In this document: positions 30,239 to 38,406 of the stretch, in pieces
Position numbering within the stretch: position 1 is the first letter of the stretch
Layout: each line of letters starts with the position of its first letter
Assembly: GCA_036229005.1 (NCBI GenBank)
Contig: JAZAMN010000006.1
Location: forward strand, 112,223 to 176,222
Source of the DNA: Myxococcota bacterium
GTDB taxonomy: Bacteria; Myxococcota_A; UBA796; CAJQPC01
DNA: 64,000 nucleotides
Direction: 5' to 3'
Notes under the pieces: model-generated
What the model saw: only the letters and a program-made list of their open reading frames with translations
The model's database searches: none
What the model was told of the DNA's origin: nothing
Program-made: the position numbers and the translations under genes

Positions 30239-31090
30239 GTGATCTTCGGCCTGCTGGCCTGTACGGCGTCGCTGCTGCCAGAGGGCGTGGAGCCGGTCCC
30301 GGGTCGCGTCGACGCAGAGCTGCTCCAGGGTGGGCCGGGCTTTGGCGCCTGGCTGGCCTGGGTGGACGGTGAGCTCGCCGTCGGGGGTGACGGGGGCATC
30401 CAGTGGCAGGGAGAGTGGACCGAGGCTCCCGAGCTGCGGGGCCTCTGGGCCGGCCCGATGGGACCCCGCTACGCGACCGGTCAGGCCATCGTTGACCTCG
30501 CCGATGGAGAGCTTGCGCGGGTGGATGGGCTGCGGGCAGCCAGCGGAGACGGTGAGGACTGGATCGCCAGCGGGCCCCAGAGCCTCAGCTTCCCGGAGCA
30601 GGTCCTGGAGCTGGCCAGCGAGCCTTGGGGCGTGGAGATGGGTCCCGACGGCTGGCTCGCGCGGGTGTGTGAGGGCGCGGACTGCGTGCTCTGGTGGATG
30701 GCGGACGGCGAGCCCCGGGTCTCTCTGGGGGAGTCGGAGAGGGGCGGTCCCTTGGCCTTCGCACCCGATGGCACACCGCTGCAGGGATTCCCTGGCGCCC
30801 AAGATGGCGCAGGACGTGTCGACGCCGGTGAGGACACACTGATTGAGGGGGAGGGGCAGCAGGGCATGGGCTCGGGGCTCTGTGGCCGCTTTGCCGCGGG
30901 GGTGCACGATCTCCACGCCATGCCGAATCACACCCGGGTCCAGGCGCTGCGGGGCGAGGGGGGATTCGCGCTGGAGGCTGGGGCGCCGTGGGGACGGACC
31001 ACGCTGGCCTGCGACGGAGAGCAGCTGGCCATCGGCCAGCCAGGGTTTGAGGGTGGGGGTCGCGTCTGGGTGCTCCCGATCGCCCCCTAA
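30239..31090 (+). CDS. Hypothetical beta-propeller-like lipoprotein (degenerate FG-GAP)
   Basis: LLAC lipobox, FGAWLA, LAIGQPG...GRVWV. Confidence 0.55.
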   Translation: MIFGLLACTASLLPEGVEPVPGRVDAELLQGGPGFGAWLAWVDGELAVGGDGGIQWQGEWTEAPELRGLWAGPMGPRYATGQAIVDLADGELARVDGLRAASGDGEDWIASGPQSLSFPEQVLELASEPWGVEMGPDGWLARVCEGADCVLWWMADGEPRVSLGESERGGPLAFAPDGTPLQGFPGAQDGAGRVDAGEDTLIEGEGQQGMGSGLCGRFAAGVHDLHAMPNHTRVQALRGEGGFALEAGAPWGRTTLACDGEQLAIGQPGFEGGGRVWVLPIAP

Positions 31091-31123
31091 ACGACCAAGG
31101 GGGAAGCTCCGATCGGCTGGTTG

Positions 31124-32023
31124 ATGCAGTCTCTACCCCCCATCCTCCGCTCACTGCCTGCGCGCCGTCTGCTGCAGGTGCATCGCAAACACCACGGCGC
31201 CGCCCGGGTCGTCCGGCCGAATCGGGAGGGGAGGGCGATCCACTTTCGAGGGGAGCGCGTGGCCAGCCTGGAGGCCACAGGCCCCGACGACGCCGTGGAG
31301 CTGCTGGCAGGGGCGCTGGAGGCCCTGGTTGCGCTGGACGCCGAGGCCAACGAGCGGCTGGAGTCTGTGCGGGGGCGGCTGCTGGAGCTGGTCACCCGGG
31401 TCCGGGACGCAGATGGCCGCCTGGGTCGCCTGATGGAGGTCGATGAACAGGGGCGGGAGCAGTCCCGAGCGCGCACCCAGGCGCTGGCCGATGCGGCCAT
31501 GCGGGACCCTCTCACCGGGCTCTACAACCGCCGCGCCTTTGAGGTGCTCGCCCAGGAGGCCGCCGAGGCGATCGCGCTCCGGGGGGAGCACATGGGGGTG
31601 CTGTTCGTGGACCTGGACCACTTCAAGCGCATCAACGACGAGCTCGGTCACGCCGCAGGGGACGCCGTGCTGATGGAGGTCGGGCGCCTGCTCGCGCGCC
31701 GCAGTCGCCGCGCCGATGTGGTGGCGCGCTGGGGAGGGGAGGAGTTCGTGCTCGCCCTGCCTGGCTGCTCGCTGCCCGACGCGCTGCGCATCGCCGAGGA
31801 CCTGCGGGGTTCGCTCGAGGAGCTGGACCTGCCGGAGCTGCCGGAGGGTTGGGCGATCACCGCGTCGCTGGGGGTGGCCTCGGACGGGCTGAACGCGGAG
31901 GCCGCGATGGAGGAGCTCCAGGCGCTGATCGAGCAGGCGGATGAGCGGGTCTACGAGGCCAAGCGCGCTGGTCGGAACCGGGTCGTGCCAGACCCTGGGC
32001 TGGGACTCGCCAAGGTGGCTTGA
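31124..32023 (+). CDS. Diguanylate cyclase (GGDEF domain)
   Basis: DPLTGLYNRR, DLDHFKRIND, RRAD I-site, RWGGEEF, AKRAGRNRV. Confidence 0.93.
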   Translation: MQSLPPILRSLPARRLLQVHRKHHGAARVVRPNREGRAIHFRGERVASLEATGPDDAVELLAGALEALVALDAEANERLESVRGRLLELVTRVRDADGRLGRLMEVDEQGREQSRARTQALADAAMRDPLTGLYNRRAFEVLAQEAAEAIALRGEHMGVLFVDLDHFKRINDELGHAAGDAVLMEVGRLLARRSRRADVVARWGGEEFVLALPGCSLPDALRIAEDLRGSLEELDLPELPEGWAITASLGVASDGLNAEAAMEELQALIEQADERVYEAKRAGRNRVVPDPGLGLAKVA

Positions 32024-32054
32024 CCGCACTGGGAACGACCCTTACAACTGAAGG

Positions 32055-32810
32055 GTGAAAGACCGTCGACCCTCGGGCCCTCGCGGCCGCCGCAAGCCCA
32101 AGAACCATGAGCTCGAGCGCCGTATTGAGGCCTTGGTGGAGCGAAATGGTCTGAGCAGGCCGGTCGCGATCCAGGTGGCCACGGGGCAGCTTGAGCTGGA
32201 CACGGTGCTGCAGCGCATGGCTCTGCAGGCGCGGGTGGACAGCCTGATTCGGCGGCACGAGCTCTCCCGGGCCCTGGCGACCCAGATCGCGATGGGGCAG
32301 GCGGACCTGGACCGGGTGCTCTTCAAGCGCCGGATGAGCGTGCACCTGGAGACACATCGGGAGCGCAGCCTGCTGACCCGATCGGTGCAGGAGTCGCTGC
32401 CGATCCACCTGGCGCTTCACGGGCACAAGTACGTCGAGGGCGTGGTGACCGAGGTCGACCAGTACGAGTTCGTGCTGGGCGGGGAGCGCATCCACAAGCT
32501 CCAGGCCAAGTGGGGAGGGGTGCTCGCCGACAAGAAGAAGGGCCGCCGCGCGCTCTCCTGGGACAAGGCCCGCAAGGCCACCCAGGAGCCCGTCTGGAAG
32601 CCCCAGGACCGCTACAACTGCAGCAACCGCCGGCTCTTCGGGCTGCTGGACCGCGAGGCGCAGGTGGAGCTCTCGCTTCGGGAGGGAGAGATCTTCCGGG
32701 GCCAGCTTGCGTGGGTGGGCCGCTTCGAGCTTGGGCTGGCCGTCAAGGGCAAGGTCGAGCTCACCATCTTCCGGCACGCGCTGGAGAACCTCGGCGAGGC
32801 CGGGGGCTGA
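32055..32810 (+). CDS. Hypothetical protein with tandem helical repeat and two Hfq/Sm-like domains
   Basis: Repeat GLSRPVAIQVATGQLELD / ELSRALATQIAMGQADLD; Sm-like IHLALHGHKYVEGVVTEVDQYEFVL and VELSLREGEIFRGQLAWVGRFELGL...TIFRHAL. Confidence 0.6.
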   Translation: MKDRRPSGPRGRRKPKNHELERRIEALVERNGLSRPVAIQVATGQLELDTVLQRMALQARVDSLIRRHELSRALATQIAMGQADLDRVLFKRRMSVHLETHRERSLLTRSVQESLPIHLALHGHKYVEGVVTEVDQYEFVLGGERIHKLQAKWGGVLADKKKGRRALSWDKARKATQEPVWKPQDRYNCSNRRLFGLLDREAQVELSLREGEIFRGQLAWVGRFELGLAVKGKVELTIFRHALENLGEAGG

Positions 32811-32811
32811 G

Positions 32812-33135
32812 ATGCAGGCGACGGTAGAGCTCCCCGGACGCAAGGGGGTCGTCGCTGTACCGGTCGGGCTCAGTCTGTGGGTGGGACAGGCGCCCGTGAC
32901 GGACGCCCGGGTGGTGTTCTTCGAGCAGCCGCAGCGACGCAGCGGCCCCGCCTGGGTGGACGGCCGCGTGAGCATGGACAGCCAGAGCTGGTGGTGCATC
33001 GCCCACGGCATCGAGGAGGAGTTCGAGTGGCAGGGCCAGCTCTGGATCCGACACCGCGCCCTGCTCTGGGATGAGGACCGGGACCGCGTGGTCGGTGGCT
33101 ACTACTGGTGTGTGCAGGTGCAGTCGCTGGGATAG
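32812..33135 (+). CDS. Hypothetical Trp-rich protein
   Basis: ATG 1 nt after upstream stop; 107 aa. Confidence 0.5.
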   Translation: MQATVELPGRKGVVAVPVGLSLWVGQAPVTDARVVFFEQPQRRSGPAWVDGRVSMDSQSWWCIAHGIEEEFEWQGQLWIRHRALLWDEDRDRVVGGYYWCVQVQSLG

Positions 33136-33161
33136 GGGCCTCTTCCACCAGGAGACCCCAG

Positions 33162-33770
33162 ATGGGCATTCTCAAGGGCGCAGTTTCCGCGCGCCACTAC
33201 ACGGTGCAGGGTGAGGTCCCCGAGGGCTTCCGCACCACCTACGTCGAAGCGCTCAACGCCTTCGCCTTCCAGGAGCCGGCCTCCAAGACGCGCACGGAGG
33301 AGACCATCGGCTGGGTGTGCCACAAGAACCTGCTGGACACCGACTTCACGGACCTGGACGCGTGGCTCTACAACCACTACGCGCTCTTCCAGCTTCGGGT
33401 GGACATCAAGCGCCTGCCCAGCAACCTCTTCAAGGCGCACCTGGAGAAGGAGTGCGAGAAGTGGTGCCAGGACACCGGCAAGGAGCGGGTGCCGCGCAAC
33501 GTCAAGACCGAGCTCAAGGAGAACCTGGAGTTCGAGTGGCTCACGCGGGCCTTCCCGACGGTCAAGACCACTGAGATCTGCTGGAACCTGGCGGAGGGCT
33601 ACGTGCTCTTCCACAGCCACTCCGACAAGTCCAACGACACCTTCCGCAAGCTCTTCCTGCAGACCTTCTCGCTGGAGCTGGTGCCCACCAACCCCTTGGA
33701 TCTGCTGGCCCCCGAGCTGGCCGACGCCCTGGAGCAGACCGGCGGCACCGATCTGCGGATGGAGGACTGA
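33162..33770 (+). CDS. rdgC: Recombination-associated protein RdgC-like, N-terminal half
   Basis: MGILKGAVSARHY, AF...IGWV, LRVDIKRLP, KTELKE, AFP; deltaproteobacterial RdgC type. Confidence 0.75.
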   Translation: MGILKGAVSARHYTVQGEVPEGFRTTYVEALNAFAFQEPASKTRTEETIGWVCHKNLLDTDFTDLDAWLYNHYALFQLRVDIKRLPSNLFKAHLEKECEKWCQDTGKERVPRNVKTELKENLEFEWLTRAFPTVKTTEICWNLAEGYVLFHSHSDKSNDTFRKLFLQTFSLELVPTNPLDLLAPELADALEQTGGTDLRMED

Positions 33771-33771
33771 G

Positions 33772-34329
33772 ATGTTCGATCAAGACGACTCGCGGCCCAT
33801 CCTTGAACACCTGCCCTCGGAGTTCATGACCTGGCTCTGGTTCGCGACCGAGGACAGCGGCGGCAGCTTCATCCTGGAGGATCTCGGCGGCATCGACTGC
33901 TACGTCGAGGATCGCATCGCCTTCCGGAACATGGAGGACGACAAGTCCCGCACCGTGCTGACCGGGGAGAACGCGGCCAACACCCTGGAGGCCCGGGCGG
34001 CCCTGGCGGGCGGTCGGGTGGTCAAGGAGATCCGCCTGATCATCAAGCGTGAGGATCGCGAGTACAGCGTCACCCTGCGTGGCCCCCTGCTGGACATGTC
34101 CGGGGCCAAGCTCCCCGGCATGGTCAAGTCGGGCACGGAAGAGGTGCTCTACGACCGCATGTACATGTTCGAGGAGCTCCACAGCATCCTGGGCGCGCTG
34201 CTGTCCCGCTACGCAAAGGCTCGTACCGCGGACAACTGGAAGAGCGAGACCGTGCCGGCCATGAAGGCATGGATCGCCGAAGCGCTCGAAGCCGTCGGAG
34301 ACAGCCCCGACGCAGGCCTCGAGCCTTGA
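33772..34329 (+). CDS. RdgC-associated second protein (C-terminal-half-like)
   Basis: EFMTWLWF motif, EARAALAGG; adjacent to the RdgC-like gene. Confidence 0.65.
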   Translation: MFDQDDSRPILEHLPSEFMTWLWFATEDSGGSFILEDLGGIDCYVEDRIAFRNMEDDKSRTVLTGENAANTLEARAALAGGRVVKEIRLIIKREDREYSVTLRGPLLDMSGAKLPGMVKSGTEEVLYDRMYMFEELHSILGALLSRYAKARTADNWKSETVPAMKAWIAEALEAVGDSPDAGLEP

Positions 34330-34353
34330 CACGTCTGCCCTTGGGGTTAATCT
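34326..34353 (+). promoter_or_regulatory. Sigma70 promoter for tRNA-Arg
   Basis: TTGACA N16 TAATCT, ending about 38 nt upstream of the tRNA. Confidence 0.6.
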
Positions 34354-34390
34354 CCGAGGGCCTGGACGGTGAGAGCCGTCCGGTGGGTGA

Positions 34391-34467
34391 GCGCGGTTAG
34401 CTCAGCTGGATAGAGCGCTGGCCTCCGGAGCCAGAGGTCACAGGTTCGAATCCTGTACCGCGTACCA
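34391..34467 (+). tRNA. tRNA-Arg (CCG)
   Basis: Acceptor GCGCGGT/ACCGCGT, D-arm AGCTCAGCTGGATAGAGC, anticodon arm CTGGC-CT CCG GA-GCCAG, GGTTCGAATCC, encoded CCA. Confidence 0.97.
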
Positions 34468-34548
34468 CCCCACCCACCCCCATCCATTTGCGGTTTGTCC
34501 GGGCTGCGATAGTCCCATGAACATGCAGTCCGAAGGGGTGTCCAGCCT

Positions 34549-35403
34549 GTGAAGGTCCGTTTCTGGGGCGTCCGTGGATCGATTCCGGTCCCGGGTGCAG
34601 CGACGCAGCGGTGGGGAGGGAACTCTTCCTGTGTCGAGGTCCGTCACGGCGAGCACGTGCTCGTGCTGGACTGCGGCACCGGCGCCCGGGCGCTCGGCCA
34701 GGAGCTCTTCTCGCACTCAGGGCGAGAGCTCGACCTGCTGTTCACGCACTTCCACATGGACCACGTGTTCGGGTTCCCTTTCTTTGGGCCCGTCTACGCT
34801 CCCGGCTACCAGGTGCGGGTCACGGCCCCGGGCTTCTCGGAGCCCGAGGTGCGGCAGAAGCTCGCCCGCTTCGTCAACGGGCTCTACCACCCGGTTCGGA
34901 TGCGGGAGATCCCCTGCGATCTCAGCTTCCACCCCCTGATGCCTGGGCGCGAAGTCGATCGCGGGATCTTCAAGGTCCAGGGCATCCGCCTCAACCACCC
35001 GGGCGGCTCCGTTGGCTACCGGGTGCGGGTCGGGGACACCAAGGTCCTGTACATCACCGACACCGCGCCCCTGGCCCGAGAGGGCGACGGGATCATGGCG
35101 GGCAAGGAGTCGCCCTCCAGCGAGCGGCGGCTGCTCAAGCTGATGGAGGGCGCCGATCTGGTGATCTTCGACACCATGTTCTCCTACGACGAGTACCTGG
35201 AGAAGATGACCTGGGGCCACGCGTACCCGGAGTACGCATACAAGCTCTGCACAGAGGCCGGGGTGCGGCACCTCGTCCTCTTCCACCATGCGCCAGACGC
35301 CAGCGACGAGGCCCTCGATGCCCTCGCTGAGCACTGGAGCCAGTTCACCGAGCCGAAGGTGACCTTGGCCCAGGAAGGGGGCGAGGTGGACCTCGAGGGG
35401 TAG
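34549..35403 (+). CDS. MBL-fold metallo-hydrolase
   Basis: FWGVRGS, LDCGTG, THFHMDH, TDT, WGH, LFHH. Confidence 0.9.
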   Translation: MKVRFWGVRGSIPVPGAATQRWGGNSSCVEVRHGEHVLVLDCGTGARALGQELFSHSGRELDLLFTHFHMDHVFGFPFFGPVYAPGYQVRVTAPGFSEPEVRQKLARFVNGLYHPVRMREIPCDLSFHPLMPGREVDRGIFKVQGIRLNHPGGSVGYRVRVGDTKVLYITDTAPLAREGDGIMAGKESPSSERRLLKLMEGADLVIFDTMFSYDEYLEKMTWGHAYPEYAYKLCTEAGVRHLVLFHHAPDASDEALDALAEHWSQFTEPKVTLAQEGGEVDLEG

Positions 35404-35405
35404 GT

Positions 35406-35735
35406 GTGCTCTTTGACACGGTGTGGGCCAGCGGGATCCTCGCGACGGTCTTCATCTGTGTCTGCGGTCTGTGGATCCCGGGGATCCTGCACGCCATCTG
35501 GCGGCAGAGTCTGCGGGTGCGCTGCCAGGCTCTGTCCGACGCTGGCCTGACCCTTGAGCGGGCAGCCGGTCCTCGCCTGCGGATCCAGGGCGAGCTGGAT
35601 GGGGTGGCGGTCACGGCGGTCTTGAGAGGTGGGCTGCGGGGTGAGAGGCTGGTCCTTCACCGCTCGGGCCAGACCCTGCGGGAGCCGCTGGAACAAGACG
35701 CGCTCGCGCAGCTTCGTCGACTGATGGCGGGCTGA
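35406..35735 (+). CDS. Hypothetical membrane protein
   Basis: N-terminal TM; follows MBL gene after 2 nt. Confidence 0.5.
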   Translation: MLFDTVWASGILATVFICVCGLWIPGILHAIWRQSLRVRCQALSDAGLTLERAAGPRLRIQGELDGVAVTAVLRGGLRGERLVLHRSGQTLREPLEQDALAQLRRLMAG

Positions 35736-35861
35736 GTGACCGCGCTCTGGGCGCCTGGGGGTGCCGGGCGGGCCTGAGATCCTGAGGGGTCGGCGGGCGT
35801 CCATCGCTGGGGCCCGAGTCCGTCCGAGAGAGAGTGCCGGACCCCTCAGGATGAAAAGTGC

Positions 35862-36920
35862 TCAGGCCAGGGCGTGGACCTCGCGGGCGCTCTGTCGGCG
35901 GGCGTCTCCATCGACGGCGCCTTGTCGCAGGCGGCCCAGGACTTCGCCCAGGCGGGAGGGGGTCTGTTCGCCGGGCAGGGTGCGGGCCAAGGTGAGGCCA
36001 ACGCGGGCCTCTTCCAGGTAGGCCAAGGCGTAGTCCTGCAGGGAGCTGAGGCGCTCCTGCTCCAGGTCGAGCTGGTCCGCGTGGCGCAGCATCTGCTCCA
36101 GGTGCCGGGCGGTCGCGAGGCGGCGGTCGCGGGTGAAGTCGTCGCGGGTCTCCTCGATCTCCAGGGTGAGCAGCTCGATGCGATCGATGAGGTCGACGCG
36201 GTCGATGGACTTGAGCTGCTGCCCGATGGTCTGGAGGGACTGGGCCAGGTTGTAGACCCAGGCGGCGACCTCGGCGAGGCCGTCCAGGGTGTCGGTGTCG
36301 GGGGCCTCGGCGCGGAGCTGGGCGTAGAGCTCCGATGCGCGCTGCACCGGCGGGCGGTAGGGGGCGGCGAGGCGGATCTTGAGCTCCTGAGCGCCCGGGA
36401 CGTGCGCCCGAGGCTTCCAGCGCAGCAGGGTCGGGAGGAGGAGGAGAGCGGCTGCGAGGCCCGCGAACACACTCGTCCCCACCGCTCCGAATGCGGAGGC
36501 CGCCCAGACAGCCCCAGACACCGCAGCACCAGCGAGGCCAGCGAGGGCACCATTGGCCAGATCCATCCAGTCGACCTGGCGACGCTGCCGCACCCAGGTG
36601 GTCGCCACCCCCAGCGCCGCGCCGGCCAGGAGCAGGCTGTGGCCCCCCAGCGACGACTCCAGCAGCGCGCCCCCAGCGGCCACCAAGGGCAAGGTCCAGG
36701 CCAGCTTCCACTGGCGCAGGCTCGCGAGCATGGCGCCGAGGCCCAAACCCAGGGCCGGGACCAGCTCGGCGGGGCCGGGGTGGGGCAGCCAGGGCTCCAG
36801 ATTCATGAGCAGCGCGTAGCCGCCCGCCATGGCCAGGGCGCAGGCGCCGAACTCGGGGAGGGGGGCGGCCTGGAGGCGGCCGCTGGCCTGCCAGGGCGTG
36901 GTTTCAGCGGAGGTAGCCAC
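35862..36920 (-). CDS. Multi-TM membrane protein with C-terminal coiled coil
   Basis: About six TMs then long amphipathic helices; overlaps VWA gene stop. Confidence 0.65.
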   Translation of the reverse strand: MATSAETTPWQASGRLQAAPLPEFGACALAMAGGYALLMNLEPWLPHPGPAELVPALGLGLGAMLASLRQWKLAWTLPLVAAGGALLESSLGGHSLLLAGAALGVATTWVRQRRQVDWMDLANGALAGLAGAAVSGAVWAASAFGAVGTSVFAGLAAALLLLPTLLRWKPRAHVPGAQELKIRLAAPYRPPVQRASELYAQLRAEAPDTDTLDGLAEVAAWVYNLAQSLQTIGQQLKSIDRVDLIDRIELLTLEIEETRDDFTRDRRLATARHLEQMLRHADQLDLEQERLSSLQDYALAYLEEARVGLTLARTLPGEQTPSRLGEVLGRLRQGAVDGDARRQSAREVHALA

Positions 36921-38307
36921 GGTTGTCCTCCTTGGAGCGCTTGATGTTGTAGGAGCCCTCCTCCGACTCGAAGTCGTAGGAGGTGTAGGCGTCCTGCTGA
37001 GACTTGAGGGCGGCCTCCTGCTTGCGCAGGGTGGGGGCGTCGTAGCGGGAGGCGGCCTCGCCAGCGATGAGCTGACTGGAGGACATCAGGGCCTGGTTGG
37101 TCTGGATGTCTCCGGCGGCGTACGCGGCGGCGGCCTTCTGGGCGAGATCCGCTGCCGCGGCCTCATTGCCCACGATGGCGAGCTCGCGGTTCGCGCTGCG
37201 CTCGACCTCACCGGTGTCGGTGGTGCTGATGGCGCTGACGTCGACCTCGGCGACCTGGAGGGGGCCTTCGCTCAGGCGCACCGTGCTGGCGGTCAGGCGC
37301 TCGCCGTCCGCGCCACCATTCACGCGCACCCGGAGCACCACCCGGCGGGTCTCACCCCCGTAGACGTCGCCCAGGAACACGCGCACGCCCGTGTCGGTGC
37401 GCTGGGCGTCGTAGCCCAGCACGTCGATGAGCTCGGCGTCCTCCAGGTTGATGTCCAGCCCCACCCCGCGGGCCGCCACGGAGTTCATGCGCTGGAGCTC
37501 CGCCTCGAAGGCGGCTTGCAGGGACTCGGCGTCGTTGACGAAGCGGTAGGTGCCGCCGGAGGCGTCGGCCATGCTGGCCAGCAGGTCCTCGTTGTAGTCC
37601 AGGCCCAGGCCGATGGTGGAGACCGCGACCCCCTCGTCAGCCCAGGAGCCGGCGGCCCGCGCGAGCTCGGAGGGGGCCTGGACGCCGACGTTCGCGTAGC
37701 CGTCGGAGAGCACGATCACGCGGTCGACGCTCTGGGGGGTGGCGTAGGCGCGGACCTGGTCCTGGCCCATGCGCATGCCGGCGTGCAGGTTGGTGCTGCC
37801 GGCCGGGCGCACCCCGCGGATGGAGCGGTGCAGGCCCGCGGGATCATGGACCTGGGTGCTGGGGACGACCAGGTGGGCCTCGGAGGAGAAGGACACCAGG
37901 GCGAAGCGGTCGTCGTCGTGGAGCGCGTCCACCAGATCCTCGGCGGCCGACTGGGCGTAGTCCATGCGCGCTTGCTGCCGCATCGAGCCGGAGCGGTCCA
38001 TGACCACGGCCACGTTGACGGGGGCTCGCTCACCGCCGTCGACCTGGTCCGCGCGCACGGTGATCACCAGCAGGCGCTCCTGACTGCGCCCGGCCAAGAC
38101 AGAGGGGTGGTCCAGGCCGGCCTCCAGGTGCAGGTGCTCGCTCTGGGCCACCTCGGTGGGGATGAGGGCCGGCGCCGTGACGGGCTCGGGGACCGGGAGA
38201 ACGGGATGTGGTGCGGGTCCTTGGGCCTGGGCGACCCACTGGGGAGCGAGCAGCGCGCCCAAGCCAGCGACGAGACCAAGGGCGGCGGTGGGGTGCCATC
38301 TGCGCAT
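36904..38307 (-). CDS. Exported VWA-domain protein (YfbK-like)
   Basis: Signal peptide; MIDAS DRSGSM, GSTNL, LSDG, TIGLG, GGTYRFV. Confidence 0.88.
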   Translation of the reverse strand: MRRWHPTAALGLVAGLGALLAPQWVAQAQGPAPHPVLPVPEPVTAPALIPTEVAQSEHLHLEAGLDHPSVLAGRSQERLLVITVRADQVDGGERAPVNVAVVMDRSGSMRQQARMDYAQSAAEDLVDALHDDDRFALVSFSSEAHLVVPSTQVHDPAGLHRSIRGVRPAGSTNLHAGMRMGQDQVRAYATPQSVDRVIVLSDGYANVGVQAPSELARAAGSWADEGVAVSTIGLGLDYNEDLLASMADASGGTYRFVNDAESLQAAFEAELQRMNSVAARGVGLDINLEDAELIDVLGYDAQRTDTGVRVFLGDVYGGETRRVVLRVRVNGGADGERLTASTVRLSEGPLQVAEVDVSAISTTDTGEVERSANRELAIVGNEAAAADLAQKAAAAYAAGDIQTNQALMSSSQLIAGEAASRYDAPTLRKQEAALKSQQDAYTSYDFESEEGSYNIKRSKEDNRGYLR

Positions 38308-38342
38308 CACGACTCCTGCGGATCTGGTGGTGTCGCAGGGGC

Positions 38343-38370
38343 AACGATCGCGGATCTGCGACCCTTACAC
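38343..38370 (-). promoter_or_regulatory. Candidate ECF-sigma promoter GTGTAAG-N17-CGTT for the VWA operon
   Basis: Matches the motif at 23993-24020; ends about 35 nt upstream of the VWA start. Confidence 0.45.
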
Positions 38371-38406
38371 CTTGCGCCTACTTTTTTTTCGAGGCACTGG
38401 GCACTG

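Noticed and set aside
34391..34467. tRNA-Arg and tRNA-Ala (60552-60627) as integration sites
   Set aside because: No integrase, no duplicated tRNA 3' end and no compositional shift seen in the window.
38382..38389. T8 homopolymer in a divergent promoter region (possible phase variation)
   Set aside because: Too short to support the claim; more simply an A/T-rich UP-like element beside the candidate promoter.
36829..38406. N-terminal part of the 1184-aa ORF
   Set aside because: Antisense to the VWA gene; the real protein most likely starts at GTG 38407 with a lipoprotein signal.
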